From assembly GCA_041611735.1 (NCBI GenBank), contig JBFIML010000006.1, forward strand, positions 32,001 to 96,000: a stretch of 64,000 bases of DNA, read 5' to 3'. Both the position numbers and the translations under genes were made by a program. The notes below the pieces were generated by a model that saw only the letters and a program-made list of their open reading frames with translations, was not told where the DNA came from and did no database searches. The stretch comes from Myxococcota bacterium. Lineage in GTDB: Bacteria; Myxococcota_A; UBA9160; PR03. Shown here piece after piece: positions 10,265 to 19,127 of this stretch (position 1 is its first letter; each line of letters opens with the position of its first letter).

Positions 10265-11278
10265 GTGCAGCGAGCGGCTGGACTCGAGGACGCATCGATC
10301 CATCTGGGAACCACGCCCTGGCTTTCCGACGGCGACCCGGGCGCCGAGGCGCTGGCGCGGCAGGCCCGGCATGCCGAGGCCCTGGGCTTCCAGTCCTTCT
10401 GGCTCCCCGAGCACCACTTCGCCGAGCGCGGCGCCGTGCCGGCGCCGCTGCTCCTGCTGGCGGCGGTGGCGGCGCGCACGCGCACCCTCGGCCTCGGCAC
10501 CACGTCGTACCTGCTTCCGGTGCGGCATCCGCTCCAGGTGGCCGAGGAGGTGGCGGTGCTCGACCGCCTGTCCGGGGGTCGCGTGATCCTGGGCGTGGGG
10601 CGTGGCTTCCGGAGCGCCGTCTTCCTGGCCTTTGGCGTGCCGGCCGAGGAGAAGCGCGACCGCTTCGAGGCGGCCGTGGCGTTGATGCGTGACGCCTGGA
10701 GCGGGAAGCCCGTGGCCTGGGACGGCGGGGGCGCTGCCGCCGCGACGCCGGTCCGTCTGGCGCCGCTACCCGTGCAGACGCCCCACCCGCCGCTCTGGGT
10801 GGCGGCCTTCGGCCCGAAGGGCGTGGCCCAGGCGGCGCGGTTGGGCCTGCCCTACCTGGCCTCGCCCCTGGAGCCCCTCGACGCTCTCGAGGCCAACGTC
10901 CGCCGGCACCGGGCGGCGCTTCCCGAAGCGGCGCGTGCTGCCGGACTGGCGGTTCCGGTCATGCGCACCGTGTTCGTGAGCGAGGATGCGGGCGTGCTCG
11001 CCCGGGCGCGGGAGGGCCTGGCGCGCCAGGCGCGGGCCCTGACGCACGCGCCGGTGGCCGCCATCCGCCGCGCGGCGCAGGCTCCCCTCGACGAACATGC
11101 CCTGGTGGGCCCGCCGGAGGCGGTGGCCGAGAGCGTCGCGCGCTATCGCCAGCGCCTCGGCATGACGCACCTGATCGTGCGCGCCGCCGTTCCGGGCATC
11201 GCCCCGGAGCAGGCCGAGGCCTCCCTCGCGCTGCTGGCCGAGCGGGTCGTCCGCCCGGCCTCGTCGACGCCGCGCTAG
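10265..11278 (+). CDS. LLM-class (luciferase-like) flavin-dependent oxidoreductase
   Basis: AEALGFQSFWLPEHHF, HPLQVAEEVAVLDRLSGGRVILGVGRG. Confidence 0.92.
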   Translation: MQRAAGLEDASIHLGTTPWLSDGDPGAEALARQARHAEALGFQSFWLPEHHFAERGAVPAPLLLLAAVAARTRTLGLGTTSYLLPVRHPLQVAEEVAVLDRLSGGRVILGVGRGFRSAVFLAFGVPAEEKRDRFEAAVALMRDAWSGKPVAWDGGGAAAATPVRLAPLPVQTPHPPLWVAAFGPKGVAQAARLGLPYLASPLEPLDALEANVRRHRAALPEAARAAGLAVPVMRTVFVSEDAGVLARAREGLARQARALTHAPVAAIRRAAQAPLDEHALVGPPEAVAESVARYRQRLGMTHLIVRAAVPGIAPEQAEASLALLAERVVRPASSTPR

Positions 11279-12069
11279 TGGCTGCGACCCGAGCGGTGCC
11301 CCAGGGCGAACAGGCCCGACAGCCCCGTTCCCAGCAGCAGCAGCGTCCCCGGCTCGGGCACGGTTTGGACGTCCACGTCGACGTCCTGCTTCCCGATGAA
11401 GGCCGCCGTGCCCGCCTCGCTGGTGGCCGCCAGCATGTTGTTCAGGGTGAGCGCCACCTTCGTGGCCCGGCCCGTGATGGCCTGGGACCGGAGCAGCGCC
11501 GTCACGTCGATCACGAGCTCCCCGTTCCAGATCCTGGCCAGGGCGGAGCCGTCGTTGGCCAGATCGAAGTCGCCGTTGGAGGGCGCGAAGACGAGGTTCG
11601 CGTTCAGGTTGATGGGCGTGATCGGGACCCCATCCACCTCGAGCACGTCCAGGTACGCCGCCGCGGCCACCGCCGCCAGCGTCCCGGCCCCTCCGCTTCC
11701 GATCAGCGAATAGTCGCCAGCCTCGCGCAACACGATGCGGGTGATGAACGCACCGCAGCTGGCCTCGATCCCCATGGTGAGGCTGCCCTGGGTGAGGTCG
11801 ATCCCCGCCGCGCCAGTGGCGGAGGCGCCGAAGGAGACGTTGCTGAAGTCCAGGGAGTTTCCGGCGACGCTGGGGGCTCCGTACAGGGCCGGCGGGAGCG
11901 GGTCGGTGGTGGAATCCTCGGTCACGTTGCGGAACGTGACCGTTGCGGCCGAGAAGTCTCCGTAGCCCATGGGCACGGCGCTGGCCGTCCCGGCCGCTCC
12001 CAGCCAGAGCGAAGCGGCGAGCATCCAGATCGGCCAGGCGCGTGCAGCGGTTTTCTGGTGAAGCAACAT
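11275..12069 (-). CDS. PEP-CTERM sorting-domain surface protein
   Basis: Signal peptide; C-terminal VPEPGTLLLLGTGLSGLFALGHRSGR. Confidence 0.92.
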   Translation of the reverse strand: MLLHQKTAARAWPIWMLAASLWLGAAGTASAVPMGYGDFSAATVTFRNVTEDSTTDPLPPALYGAPSVAGNSLDFSNVSFGASATGAAGIDLTQGSLTMGIEASCGAFITRIVLREAGDYSLIGSGGAGTLAAVAAAAYLDVLEVDGVPITPINLNANLVFAPSNGDFDLANDGSALARIWNGELVIDVTALLRSQAITGRATKVALTLNNMLAATSEAGTAAFIGKQDVDVDVQTVPEPGTLLLLGTGLSGLFALGHRSGRSH

Positions 12070-12238
12070 GAACCTCTCCCTCGGTGTTTTCCGTCCTGAT
12101 GCCTCCTTTCGTCCGGGAACGGTCCCGAGAGCGTGACGGGGCTAACGGCAACTCCGACGGGGAGCTGACCGCCTTGCACCTGGCCTGCACGGGAGTTGCG
12201 CCAGGCCGGCAGCCGAGCGGGCAGGGAAGGGGCGGGGG

Positions 12239-12691
12239 TCAGCCCGCGGCGAGCCGCTCCGCGGCCAGGCGGCGGGCCAGCTTCCCGTCCAGCTCGCCCC
12301 GGTGCGCGGTCATGAGGGCACCCATGACCTTGCCGAGGTCCCGAGGGCCCGAGGCGCCGCTCGCCTGGATGGCCTCCTCGACCCAGGCGCGGGTCTGGGC
12401 CTCGTCGGCGAGCCGAGGAAGGAACTCGTGGATCACGGCGAGCTCCGCGCGCTCCGCCTCGGCGAGCTCCTTGCGACCGCCTTGCTCGTAAGCCTCGATG
12501 CTCTCCCGGCGCTGCTTCTCGAGGCGGCGCAGGAGGGTCTCACAGACTTCGTCCGGGAGCGTGTCGGCGCCGTTCTTCTTCATCTCGTTGAGGAAGGCGG
12601 CGCGGATGTTGCGCAGGGCGGTGAGGCGTGCCTGGTTCCGGGCGCGCAGGGCGTCCTTGATCTGGCTGCTGACCTTCTCCACCAGCGACAC
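12239..12691 (-). CDS. GatB/YqeY domain protein
   Basis: KDALRARNQARLTALR, KQRRESIEAYEQGGR, DLGKVMG; GGAGG RBS before GTG. Confidence 0.92.
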   Translation of the reverse strand: MSLVEKVSSQIKDALRARNQARLTALRNIRAAFLNEMKKNGADTLPDEVCETLLRRLEKQRRESIEAYEQGGRKELAEAERAELAVIHEFLPRLADEAQTRAWVEEAIQASGASGPRDLGKVMGALMTAHRGELDGKLARRLAAERLAAG

Positions 12692-12726
12692 GGCACATCC
12701 TCCCCCCCGCGACGCGTGTGGCCGCC

Positions 12727-13086
12727 TCAGGAGCGGGCGAGGCCGAAGAGCGCCAGCCAGCCCCCGATCAGGCACAGGCCGCCGAGCGGCGTCACGGGTC
12801 CCAGCCAGCGCGGCCCTTCCAGCAGGAGCAGGTAGATCGAGCCGCAGAAGAGCGCAATCCCCGCGGTCCACAAGCCAGCCGGTAGCGTCACGCTACGGGC
12901 CGCGTGGCTCGCCCACAGGCCGAGGGCGAGGAGCGCCACGCTGTGGAAAAGCTGATAGTGGACGGCCGTGCTCCAGCTGGCGAGCTGCTCCGGACCGAGG
13001 CGCGCACGCAGGCCGTGTGCGCCGAAGGCGCCGAGCAGGACGCCTGCCGCGCCGAGCCCCGCCGCCACCCGGACCCAGCGGCTCAC
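12727..13086 (-). CDS. DUF423 (YgdD/TMEM256) small membrane protein
   Basis: LGAFGAHGL, TAVHYQLFHS, LFCGSIY, LGPVTPLGG. Confidence 0.92.
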   Translation of the reverse strand: MSRWVRVAAGLGAAGVLLGAFGAHGLRARLGPEQLASWSTAVHYQLFHSVALLALGLWASHAARSVTLPAGLWTAGIALFCGSIYLLLLEGPRWLGPVTPLGGLCLIGGWLALFGLARS

Positions 13087-13273
13087 TGGAGGCCTCGCGC
13101 CCGCTCCGGCCGCAGCGGCACCACCGCGCCGGCCCGGGGACGGGGCGCGGCGACGTCGGGCTCGTCCGGCGGCCGCAAGATCGTGCCCGCGTGAAACACG
13201 GAGTTCCGAGCCTAGCGGATCCTGGTAGGATTCCGGCGGCCCCCGGGGCCGGGAAGGAGGCAGGGCAGGGAGC

Positions 13274-13825
13274 ATGGGCGCAGGGAAGGCCTTCTCGGTC
13301 GGGATCGTGGTCGCTTCGCTCCTGGGGGTCGGCTTGGTGGACTGGGCGACGGGCGAGAACCTCGGCTTCTTCGTCTTCTACTTCGCGCCGGTCGCCATCG
13401 CCGCCTGGCTGCTGGGTGGGTTCGGAGGCGTCACGGTCGCCCTGGGCGCAGCGTTCCTCTGGCTGGGGATCGAGTCCGTAGAGCGGGATCTCGCTCCGAC
13501 TCGCTTCCATCTGTACTGGAACGGGAGCATCCGCCTGGCCTCGTTCCTCATCATCGCGTTGGCCGTCGCGCGCCTCCACACCCTGCTCATGCGCGAGCGC
13601 GAGCTCAACACCGAGCTCGCCGAGGCGATGGCGAAGGTCAAGCAGCTCCACGGCCTGCTTCCGATCTGCGCGACGTGCAAGAAGGTCCGCAACGACCAGG
13701 GCTACTGGGAGCAGATCGAGCTCTACATCGAGAGCCATTCGCACGCTGCGTTCAGCCACGGCATCTGCCCGGAATGCCTGAAGCAGCTCTACGCCGAGAT
13801 CGACCGCCAGGAGCGCCCGGGCTGA
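13274..13825 (+). CDS. Membrane sensor-like protein (DUF4118-like TM region, coiled coil, C-terminal CxxC...CxxC domain)
   Basis: Four TM segments then LLPICATCKKVRNDQGYWEQIE...FSHGICPEC. Confidence 0.8.
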   Translation: MGAGKAFSVGIVVASLLGVGLVDWATGENLGFFVFYFAPVAIAAWLLGGFGGVTVALGAAFLWLGIESVERDLAPTRFHLYWNGSIRLASFLIIALAVARLHTLLMRERELNTELAEAMAKVKQLHGLLPICATCKKVRNDQGYWEQIELYIESHSHAAFSHGICPECLKQLYAEIDRQERPG

Positions 13826-13839
13826 CGGCTGGTCCCCAG

Positions 13840-15201
13840 TCAAGGACCCATCTGGTCACTTCTTCCGCCGCGGGGTCCCTTCGCCAGGCGCCGGCGGATC
13901 TCCAGCTCCAGGCGCCACAGACGGTCCTGGCCCCAGGTGGTCCAGTCCGGCTCGCCCGCTCGGCCCCGGAGCCGGAAGCTCGGCACGCCCCACAGCCCCA
14001 GGGCCAGGAGCGCCTCGCGGTTGACCTCGAGCTCGTCCCGCCAGCCGCCCTCCCGGCCCAGCCGGGTCCGGGCCTGGCTCCAGGGCAGACCGGCACCCTC
14101 CACCACACGGCGCAGGCCCGCATCCGTTCCCGCGTCGATCCCCTGGGCGAAGGCCGCGCGGGCGAAGCTGTGCAGGAGCTGCGCGGCCCGGCCCCGTTGG
14201 CGGGCCCACGGGAAGAGCGCGAGGCCCCGCTCCACGGGCCGACCCAGCGGGTCGCACACCCTCCCGAACGGCACGCCGGCCGCCTCGGCCTCGCGCTGGG
14301 TGTCGAGCACGATGTAGAGGCGCTTCTCCCGCGGCACCGGGAGCCCCCGCATCACCATGGGGAGCACCGGCCGCAGCACGAGATCCACCGGCAGGCGCCC
14401 CGGCAGCCGGAAGAGCCGCTCCATGGCCACGTAGCTGTAGGGACTGCGCAGCGAGAGGTAGGCCTCGAGGGTGAGGCGACCGGCTTGCGGGGCGATCGCG
14501 CCGTCACCGGAGAGCGGTGGCGTCACCAGGGGCGCGGCCTGCGCGCCGGGGCGGCGGACTCCCAGGGCGTCCAGGCGCCGCTCCAGGTAGTGGAGCCGGT
14601 CCACGCCCCAGTACCACTCGCCGCCATAGTGGAACATGGCGCCTAGGTAGTGGCCGAGGCGTCGCCGCCGCGCCTCGCCTTCGCTCAGCGCGCCCGCCGT
14701 CGCGGTCGCATCGGCGGGCGCGCATGCCCGGGCCAGGCCTTCCAGGGCCACCCCGTCGTCCGCCCAGAGCGCTTCGCCCACCCGGGGCGCCAGGGCCGCG
14801 AACGCGGCGCCCTCCCGGGCAGCGGCCAGCATCTGCGTGGCCCGCATCGACAGCTCTCGCGGGGGCTGCCGCCCGGGATCCCGGAACCGCAGCCCCAGAA
14901 AGGGCGCGACGTCCGCGGCGTCCCGCCGCGACCAGGCCACGAGCCGTTCCCGCTCCGGGGCCGCCGCGTCCGGCGGTGGACCCACTAGCAGCGGCACGAG
15001 CTCGACGTCGTACTTCGCCTGCAAGCGCTCCAGCACCTGGGCGGCCAGCTGGCTGTAGGGATCGTCCACCTGGTGGAAGTAGAGGATCCGGTGTGGGGCG
15101 CGCCCCAGGCGCCGGCGGCCCTCGACGAGCCAGCGGCGGGCGGCCCGCGTGCGCGGGCTCGTCAGGGCGGCGACCAGAACGGGAGCGACGCGGCGTGTCA
15201 C
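13840..15201 (-). CDS. Tandem DsbA-like / 2-hydroxychromene-2-carboxylate isomerase (kappa-GST) family protein
   Basis: Two repeats: YFHQVDDPYS...WYWGVDRL and YLSLRSPYSY...WGVPSF...WGQDRL. Confidence 0.82.
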   Translation of the reverse strand: MTRRVAPVLVAALTSPRTRAARRWLVEGRRRLGRAPHRILYFHQVDDPYSQLAAQVLERLQAKYDVELVPLLVGPPPDAAAPERERLVAWSRRDAADVAPFLGLRFRDPGRQPPRELSMRATQMLAAAREGAAFAALAPRVGEALWADDGVALEGLARACAPADATATAGALSEGEARRRRLGHYLGAMFHYGGEWYWGVDRLHYLERRLDALGVRRPGAQAAPLVTPPLSGDGAIAPQAGRLTLEAYLSLRSPYSYVAMERLFRLPGRLPVDLVLRPVLPMVMRGLPVPREKRLYIVLDTQREAEAAGVPFGRVCDPLGRPVERGLALFPWARQRGRAAQLLHSFARAAFAQGIDAGTDAGLRRVVEGAGLPWSQARTRLGREGGWRDELEVNREALLALGLWGVPSFRLRGRAGEPDWTTWGQDRLWRLELEIRRRLAKGPRGGRSDQMGP

Positions 15202-15329
15202 GGTCAGGGGTGGATCCTCCAGCCGTCGGCCGTCCTTGAACCTACCACCGAGGCGGTCTACACAGGACGCGGAGTCGCTGGCCGGGATGACGTCCGGACG
15301 CCGGGGGGCTCGTAGCCGGATCCCATGTC

Positions 15330-15893
15330 ATGACGGGCCGTGTCGTCCGTGGCCGGCGGCTGCGCCGCCTCGCGCGCTGGATCCTGCGGCTGCGCGGCTC
15401 GCCGGAGGCCGTCGGTCTCGGTGTCGCAATCGGCACCTTCGTCGCCTTCACCCCCACCATCGGCTTCCAGATGCTGCTGGCCGCCCTCCTCGCCACCCTC
15501 CTGAATGCGAACCGGCCCGCGGCCCTCGTCCCGGTCTGGATCACGAACCCGCTGACCATTCCGCCGATCTACGGGTTCACCTACTGGGTGGGGAGCTGGT
15601 TTCGGGCCGGCCCGTCGCCGGAGCGGGTGCGGGAGGTGCTGGAGGGTCTCGTGAGCCGCCTGGGGCAGCACGACGCCTGGTCCGCCCGCGAGCCGCTGAG
15701 CGCGGTGCTGGCCCTGAGCCGGGACGTCCTCGTGCCGCTCTGGATCGGCGGCCTGCTGGTGGGCGTCGGGGCCGGAGCCCTGGCCTATCTTCCCGCCGCC
15801 GAGGCGGTTCGGCGCATCCGCCAGCTCCGCCAGCGGCGCCGGCAGGCACGGCGCCGCCGAGCGGCTGGCGCCCGGGAGCAGCAGTCCTCGTGA
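15330..15893 (+). CDS. DUF2062 membrane protein
   Basis: SPEAVGLGVAIGTFVAFTP, WITNPLTIPPIY. Confidence 0.88.
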   Translation: MTGRVVRGRRLRRLARWILRLRGSPEAVGLGVAIGTFVAFTPTIGFQMLLAALLATLLNANRPAALVPVWITNPLTIPPIYGFTYWVGSWFRAGPSPERVREVLEGLVSRLGQHDAWSAREPLSAVLALSRDVLVPLWIGGLLVGVGAGALAYLPAAEAVRRIRQLRQRRRQARRRRAAGAREQQSS

Positions 15894-16924
15894 ACCCGAT
15901 CCTCCGCGAGCCCTCGACCCCGCCGGCCGCCTGGCGCGGTCCGGACCTGGCGGCGAGCGACGACTGGATCCATCGCCTCTCCCCCGAGGAGGTGGCCGAT
16001 CTGGACGCAGCCCTCGCCCGGGCCCGAGCCTCGCGCAAGCCCCGGGAGGGCCTCACGCCCGAGGACTTCCCGCTCCCGGTGCTCGGGCCCGCCCTGGACG
16101 GCTGGCTCCAGCAGCTCGACCGGGGTCTCGGCTTCCTGCTGGTCCGGGGTGTCCCGGTCCAGCGCTACACGCTGGAGGAGGCGGCGCTCGTCTACTGGGG
16201 CCTCGGTCTGCATCTCGGGACGCCCGTGTCCCAGAACGCGGCCGGCGACCGCCTGGGCCACGTCCGCGACACCGGCGCAGACCCACGCGATCCCGCGGTG
16301 CGGCTCTACAAGACCCGCCAACGCCTCGGCTTCCACTGCGATGGCTCGGACGTGGTGGGGCTCTTGTGCCTGCGCCCCGCGCGCTCCGGCGGCCTGAGCC
16401 GCATCGTGAGCTCGGCCTCGGTCTACAACGAGATCCTGCGCCGCCGGCCCGACCTGGTTCCGCTGCTCTACGAGCCGTTCTGGTTCGACCGCAACGACGA
16501 GCAGGCGCCCGGCGAGCCCCCTGCCTTTCCCCTGCCCTTGTGCCGCTGGCAGGACGGGCGCCTTCGCTTCTTCTACATCGGCTGGTACATCCGCGGCGCG
16601 CAGCGGCATGCGGAGGTGCCGCGTCTCACCCGGGACCAGAGCGCGCTCCTCGACCTGATCGATGCGATCGCCGAGGATCCCGCCTTCCACCTGGACATGG
16701 ACTTCGCTCCCGGCGACATCCAGTGGCTCAAGAACGCCGCGATCCTGCACGCTCGCACCGACTACGAGGACTTCGAGACGCCCGAGCACAAGCGTCATCT
16801 GCTGCGCCTGTGGTTGACGGCGCGCAGCTCGTTTTGCGACGGCGACGCCTTCCTGCAGCAGGGGATCCCGGTCCGGGAGGGCGCCGTGCCGGATGCCGCC
16901 CCTCAGGAGCCCTCGGCCCGGTAG
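15890..16924 (+). CDS. TauD/TfdA-family Fe(II)/2-oxoglutarate dioxygenase
   Basis: HCD facial-triad motif, LHARTDY, RHLLRLWL; GTGA overlap with upstream stop. Confidence 0.9.
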   Translation: MNPILREPSTPPAAWRGPDLAASDDWIHRLSPEEVADLDAALARARASRKPREGLTPEDFPLPVLGPALDGWLQQLDRGLGFLLVRGVPVQRYTLEEAALVYWGLGLHLGTPVSQNAAGDRLGHVRDTGADPRDPAVRLYKTRQRLGFHCDGSDVVGLLCLRPARSGGLSRIVSSASVYNEILRRRPDLVPLLYEPFWFDRNDEQAPGEPPAFPLPLCRWQDGRLRFFYIGWYIRGAQRHAEVPRLTRDQSALLDLIDAIAEDPAFHLDMDFAPGDIQWLKNAAILHARTDYEDFETPEHKRHLLRLWLTARSSFCDGDAFLQQGIPVREGAVPDAAPQEPSAR

Positions 16925-18591
16925 ACGGTCCGTCCGTCCACGATCGTCTCGAGCACCCGGATTCGATCCACGCGCTCCGGATCGCCCAGGGGCGAGGCGG
17001 AGAGGATCACCAGGTCCGCCAGCTTGCCGGGCTCGAGGGATCCCTTGCGATCCTCCTCGAAGTGCTGGAACGCGGCGTCGATGGTGACGGCCCGCAGCGC
17101 CTGCAGGACGGAAATCCGCTGCGCTGCGCCGATCTCCACGCCGCTCGCCGAGCGGCGGTTCACGGCCGCCCAGACCAGCCGGAGCGGCTCCATGGGGACG
17201 ACCGGCGCGTCGCAGTGGAGGGTGAAGCGGACGCCGTGGGCCAGCGCGCTCCGCGCGGGACTCATGCGCGCGGCGCGCTCCGGACCCATGAAGATCGCCC
17301 GGTGCCGGTCTCCCCAGTAGTAGGTGTGCAGGCTGAAGAAGCTCGGGATCGCGCCCAGGCGGCCCATGCGGGCCAGCTGGTCCTCGCGCGCCATCTGGGC
17401 GTGGACGATCACCGGGCGCGCGTCCGCCCGGGGGAGCTCCGCGAAGGCGTGCTCCAGGGCGCCCAGGATGTCGTCGATGGCGGCATCGCCGTTGCCGTGC
17501 ACGGCCACCTGCAGGCCTGCCCGGTGGTAGCGGGTGACGCGCTCGATCAGCTCCGTCCGCGGAATGCGCGGATAGCCCCGATAGGTGGGATCGTCACCCG
17601 GGGGCACGTGATAGGGCTGCGACAGGTAGCCGGTGTAGCCCTGGATCGAGCCGTCGGCCACGAGCTTGACCGCGCCGATGCGCACGCGGTCCTGGTTCCC
17701 CCGGCGGAAGCTCGCCCCGGCAGCCAGCATGGCATCCGCCTCCTCCATGCCCGGCCACACCACGAGCCGCAGCGGCACCAGACCGAGGCGCGAGAGCCAG
17801 GGAAGCAGGCGGAGCTGGCGGGTGTCCGCGAGGCCGACCTGGGCCGTGGTGACGCCGGCCGCTGCATAGCGTCGTACGCCCTCGCGCACGATGGCCAGGC
17901 CGTCCAGCAGGGACGGGTCCTGGATCTCCGCCAGCAGGGGCTCCATGGCGTTCTCCTCCAGCACGCCATCGGGCTCGCCGGTGCCGGGGTCCCGGCGGAT
18001 GCGTCCGCCCGGCGGGTCCGGCGTGCGGGCGTCCACGCCGAGCCGGACGAGGCCGGCGCTGTTCACCGCCGCGAGATGCCCCGAGACGTGCACCACCCCC
18101 ACCGGATGCTCCCGGGATACCCGGTCGAGATCCAGGCGCGCCGGATGACGGCGCTCGGAGAGGAGCGTGTCGTCGTAGCCGAGGCCCAGCACCCATTCCC
18201 TGCCCGGCGTGGCGTCGGCCTTGCGGCGCATCCGCGCCACGAGCTCGTCCATGTCGGCGACGTTCCCGATGGGCGGCGCGTTCAGGTCCACCACCCGGGC
18301 GAAGATTCCCGAGCCGGGGAAGTGCCCGTGGGCGTCCACGAAGCCCGGCAGCAGGGCGCGGCCGGCGAGGTCCACCACCCGGGCTCGGGGACCCGCCCAG
18401 GCGCGCACCTCCCCCTCGCTGCCCACGGCGCCGATGCGCGAGCCCTGGATGCCGATCGCTTCGACGATCCGATTCCGCGCATCCAGGGTCAGGATGGGTC
18501 CGCCGCGGAACACGGTGCGCGCGAGCGGGCGGGGCAGGAGCCACGCGACCATCGCCAGCACGAGGACGACGAGCGCGATGCGCAGCCGCAT
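16903..18591 (-). CDS. Amidohydrolase (YtcJ-like), N-terminally anchored
   Basis: PGFVDAHGH, KLVADGSIQG, VAVHGNGD, HCDAPV, GSLEPGKLADLVIL. Confidence 0.92.
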   Translation of the reverse strand: MRLRIALVVLVLAMVAWLLPRPLARTVFRGGPILTLDARNRIVEAIGIQGSRIGAVGSEGEVRAWAGPRARVVDLAGRALLPGFVDAHGHFPGSGIFARVVDLNAPPIGNVADMDELVARMRRKADATPGREWVLGLGYDDTLLSERRHPARLDLDRVSREHPVGVVHVSGHLAAVNSAGLVRLGVDARTPDPPGGRIRRDPGTGEPDGVLEENAMEPLLAEIQDPSLLDGLAIVREGVRRYAAAGVTTAQVGLADTRQLRLLPWLSRLGLVPLRLVVWPGMEEADAMLAAGASFRRGNQDRVRIGAVKLVADGSIQGYTGYLSQPYHVPPGDDPTYRGYPRIPRTELIERVTRYHRAGLQVAVHGNGDAAIDDILGALEHAFAELPRADARPVIVHAQMAREDQLARMGRLGAIPSFFSLHTYYWGDRHRAIFMGPERAARMSPARSALAHGVRFTLHCDAPVVPMEPLRLVWAAVNRRSASGVEIGAAQRISVLQALRAVTIDAAFQHFEEDRKGSLEPGKLADLVILSASPLGDPERVDRIRVLETIVDGRTVYRAEGS

Positions 18592-18654
18592 GGATCCCGA
18601 GGCTAGCGCGGTCGTGTTAGGCTCGGACGGAGCCCAGGCGGTGGGGGCGATGGC

Positions 18655-19101
18655 ATGTCCCTGAACATGACCCGGCCGGAGCGAGAGGCCTTCCTGGCCG
18701 ACCGGCACGTGGGGATCCTGAGCGTGGCGCAGCCCGGGCGCGGCCCCCTGACCGTGCCCATCTGGTACGACTACGAGCCGGGCCGCGAGCTCTGGCTGAT
18801 CACCAGCCGCTCCTCGCGCAAGGGCAGGCGGCTCGCCGAGGCGGGCCGCTTCAGCCTGTGCGCCCAGACCGAGACCCCGCCCTACTGCTACGTGAGCGTC
18901 GAGGGACGGGTGGCGGCCATGGAGCCGGCCGATCTGGAGCGGCACGTCCGTCCCATGGCCCACCGCTACCTGGGGCCCGAGCTCGGAGACCGCTACGTGG
19001 AGGCGACGGCGGACGAGCGCGGCTCCAGCGACGTGGTGGTGGTTCGCATGCGCCCGGAGCACTGGCTCACGGTCGACTACGCCAAGCAGTTCCGGGTCTG
19101 A
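18655..19101 (+). CDS. Pyridoxamine 5'-phosphate oxidase-like (split-barrel flavin/F420) protein
   Basis: EREAFLA..HVGILSVA..GRGPLTVPIWY, YVSVEG. Confidence 0.85.
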   Translation: MSLNMTRPEREAFLADRHVGILSVAQPGRGPLTVPIWYDYEPGRELWLITSRSSRKGRRLAEAGRFSLCAQTETPPYCYVSVEGRVAAMEPADLERHVRPMAHRYLGPELGDRYVEATADERGSSDVVVVRMRPEHWLTVDYAKQFRV

Positions 19102-19127
19102 GCGTCGCTGCGGCGTTCAAGCCGGAC

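Noticed and set aside
12121-12210. Possible c-di-GMP-I riboswitch (GGAGTTGCCG-like 3' end on minus strand)
   Set aside because: No GGCAAAC / GAAA tetraloop / GACGCAAAG core; only an inverted repeat is supported
13183-13198. parS-like CGTGAAACA
   Set aside because: Only one half-site matches TGTTTCACGTGAAACA
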